Part shown: piece after piece, positions 49,411 through 51,896 of the stretch
Numbering within the stretch: position 1 is the first letter of the stretch
Layout of the letters: the number at the start of each line of letters is the position of its first letter
DNA from: Octopus bimaculoides
Lineage: Eukaryota
Direction of reading: 5' to 3'
NCBI RefSeq assembly: GCF_001194135.2
Contig: NC_068981.1
Location: 196,662,566-196,714,461, forward strand
DNA: 51,896 nucleotides
Made by a program: the position numbers and the translations under genes
Notes under the pieces: model-generated
What the model was told of the DNA's origin: nothing
Seen by the model: the letters and a program-made list of their open reading frames with translations, nothing else
The model's database searches: none

Positions 49411-49964
49411 TCATTCACTCATCAGTCACATTCATCTTATCAGTTATGCCATCACTCTCTCGAAACCGGGAAGGTCTGTCAAGGTCTATAGACAACACTG
49501 CTCTGTCTATTAAGAATAATAATAAAAGAATCATCCAAACAAATCAGATCAGGGAGAGAGAGAAAGTGTGTGGTGAAAATTTCAGGAGAAAATCCGATGC
49601 AACGATTTGCGTCATAGAATATTTCGTCCATTAGAAAGGATTGTGATCCTGTAGCTATGCCCGTTATCGTTGAGCCCCAATTCCTTTTGTTCTCTTAAGT
49701 CACCCTATTTCAGAACCTTCAGAAATGTAGCCTTCCTAAAAGACAACACAGCGTACATTTATTATATCTAGCATATGAAGCGGACACATAAGAGCATAGC
49801 GGACACTTCTATACCGGGGTATTGTCATAGTTGGTGATGGAGGTTCATGGGGATAGGGGTTGTGTGTGTGGATATTTCTATATGCATGTGCGTATATATA
49901 CATACATGGCTTAAAGATAAGAGGTCTCTACTCCAGCACGAGGTGAAACTGGATGATATTTACA

Positions 49965-49999
<35 letters not shown>

Positions 50000-50001
<2 letters not shown>

Positions 50002-50200
50002 TTTTATTTGTTTCAGTCATTTGAGTGCGGCCATGATAGAGCACCGCCTTTTAGTCGAACAAATCAACCACAAGACTTATTCTTTGTAAGCCTAGTACCT
50101 GTCTTATCGGACTCTTTTGCTAAACCGCTAAGTTACGGGGATGTAAACACACCAACATCGGTTGTCAAGCGATGGTGAGGGGACAAACACAGACACACAA
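50000..50200 (-). mobile_element. SINE A, 3' half
   Basis: gtttcagtcatttgagtgcggcc...ccgctaagttacggggatgtaaacacacc; ends in CA/TA repeats. Confidence 0.88.
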
Positions 50201-50217
50201 ACACACACACAGATATA

Positions 50218-50285
<68 letters not shown>

Positions 50286-50577
50286 CAGGAAAGAAAGTAA
50301 ATTTCGAATGCGGTAAAGCGGTAAAGAGAGCAGAGAAAGATTGGATATTTACCCTTATCAAATGGAAGAAGTTGCCAGAAGGCGACTACGGAACATGAAC
50401 CCGTACCCTTCCGCTTCTGACGAGTACTCTACCATTAAGCTAAATGTCCCGCTGGTAATTATTACCGTTGAATTTAAAGCTAAATCATAGCTATTCGAAT
50501 GCGAGAACGTACTGGTTGCTTTCTCCCATTTAATCTAGCTCCTAATATTCGTGGCTTTATAAACCATTTGCATGTTG

Positions 50578-50627
<50 letters not shown>

Positions 50628-50982
50628 TAATATAGATCTCATCGCCAACATGGTGTATTACAATGACTGCAAGCATCAAGTCTCTGCAATATACATGTGT
50701 CAAGGAAAAGAGGGAACAGGAATGTTTCGGTCCTTATTGGAATCGTCGTCAGCCTTTATATATTAGTCTGGACTATAAATATGGAAATGGATTATAAAAC
50801 CACTAATTTCAGGATCTAAGTTAATCTGGAGTGATTAGTTGGCATATACCATCGGCTCATACCATCGGAGCTAAGCCGAGTATTAGATACCTAGTGTGTT
50901 TACAATGATTTGATTCATTACTACAGATCGTGTGTGTATGTGTATATACACACATATATATATGTGTGTGTGTATATGTATG

Positions 50983-51049
<67 letters not shown>

Positions 51050-51058
51050 GTATGTATG

Positions 51059-51092
<34 letters not shown>

Positions 51093-51322
51093 TGTATGTA
51101 TGTATACACACTCACGCACACTCACACATTGATTGAGATGCCTCTACTTTTGTAGGTAAATAGATAGATAGACAGATAGACAGACAGACAGACAGGCAGA
51201 CAAATAGATAAACAGTGATTACAATGGATACGTTTACAAATAGTAAGAAATAAGAGAAAGGTTAATTTATAAAAGGTAAATTGCCAGAAAACCTTATCAC
51301 GATGTAATTGCTATATATATTA

Positions 51323-51705
51323 GGCGCAGAAGTGGCTGTGTGGTAAGTAACTTGCTTACCACATGGTTCCGGGTTCAGTCCCACTACGTGGCACCTTGGG
51401 TAAGTGTCTTCTACTATAGCCTCGGGCTGACCAAAGTCTTGTGAATTGATTTGGTAGACGGAAACTGAAAGAAGCCTGTAGTATATGTAAATATGTGTGT
51501 CTGTGTGTGTGTATTTGTACCCCACCCACAACCATCGCTTGACAGCAGATGTTGGTGTGTTTACGTCCCCGTAACTTAGCGGTTTGGCCAAAATAACCTA
51601 TAGAATTATTACCGGGCTTACAAAAGATAAGTCCTGGGGTAGATTTGTTTGATTAAAAGGTGGTGCTCCAGCATGGCTGCACTCAAATGACTGAAACAAA
51701 TAAAA
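51323..51705 (+). mobile_element. SINE A, full length
   Basis: ggcgcagaagtggctgtgtggtaag through aaatgactgaaacaaataaaa. Confidence 0.93.
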
Positions 51706-51896
51706 AAAAATAAAAGTAAAAAAAAAGAATGTGTGTGTGTGCGTATATATATATGTGTGTGCCATAAATATCGCCATCCATTTAGAGAAAAATTTGTAGT
51801 TTAGAATCAGTAGTTCTTTGACTGCTATTTCTAAATTTTCAGTATGTTGGAGAAGCAACTCAATGCTAATCCCTGTATATTTATGATTACATATAT

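Noticed and set aside
50280-50398. ttgcag followed by a short open frame (GKKVNFECGK...)
   Set aside because: No polypyrimidine tract (it is preceded by (TA)n), no donor before the stop and no recognisable motif.

Overview
Eukaryotic, AT-rich, microsatellite-saturated draft-assembly sequence with about 17 N-gaps, many flanked by (TA)n or other simple repeats. The repeat content looks like an Octopus genome (inference from recalled repeat families, not a database hit). I found no host protein-coding exon, tRNA, rRNA or CRISPR array that I can support. Nearly all ORFs in the track are translations of simple repeats or N-runs, and the informative ones are decayed retroelement fragments. Content: (1) three recurrent tRNA-headed SINE groups, here called A, B and C, with more than 25 copies, several with target-site duplications (TSDs) and swapped middle or 3' modules; (2) fragments of restriction-like-endonuclease (RLE, R4/Dong-type) non-LTR retrotransposons sitting in (TAA)n arrays, and a distinct family sitting in (TACA)n arrays; (3) a non-tRNA repeat of about 600 bp also bounded by (AAT)n; (4) Penelope-like RT and GIY-YIG remnants of two types, and RTE-like RT remnants; (5) a candidate solo LTR with a CpG-rich minisatellite; (6) small non-repeat islands with striking motif structure: a 10-bp-phased nuclear-receptor half-site array, twin CACGTG boxes, a YY1-CRE-YY1 arrangement, a perfect 21-bp hairpin and a 21-nt heptad-coding repeat. 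The best candidate for something undescribed is a set of microsatellite-targeting RLE elements, especially the (TACA)n-associated family. Element boundaries are by eye and approximate unless exact sequence is quoted.
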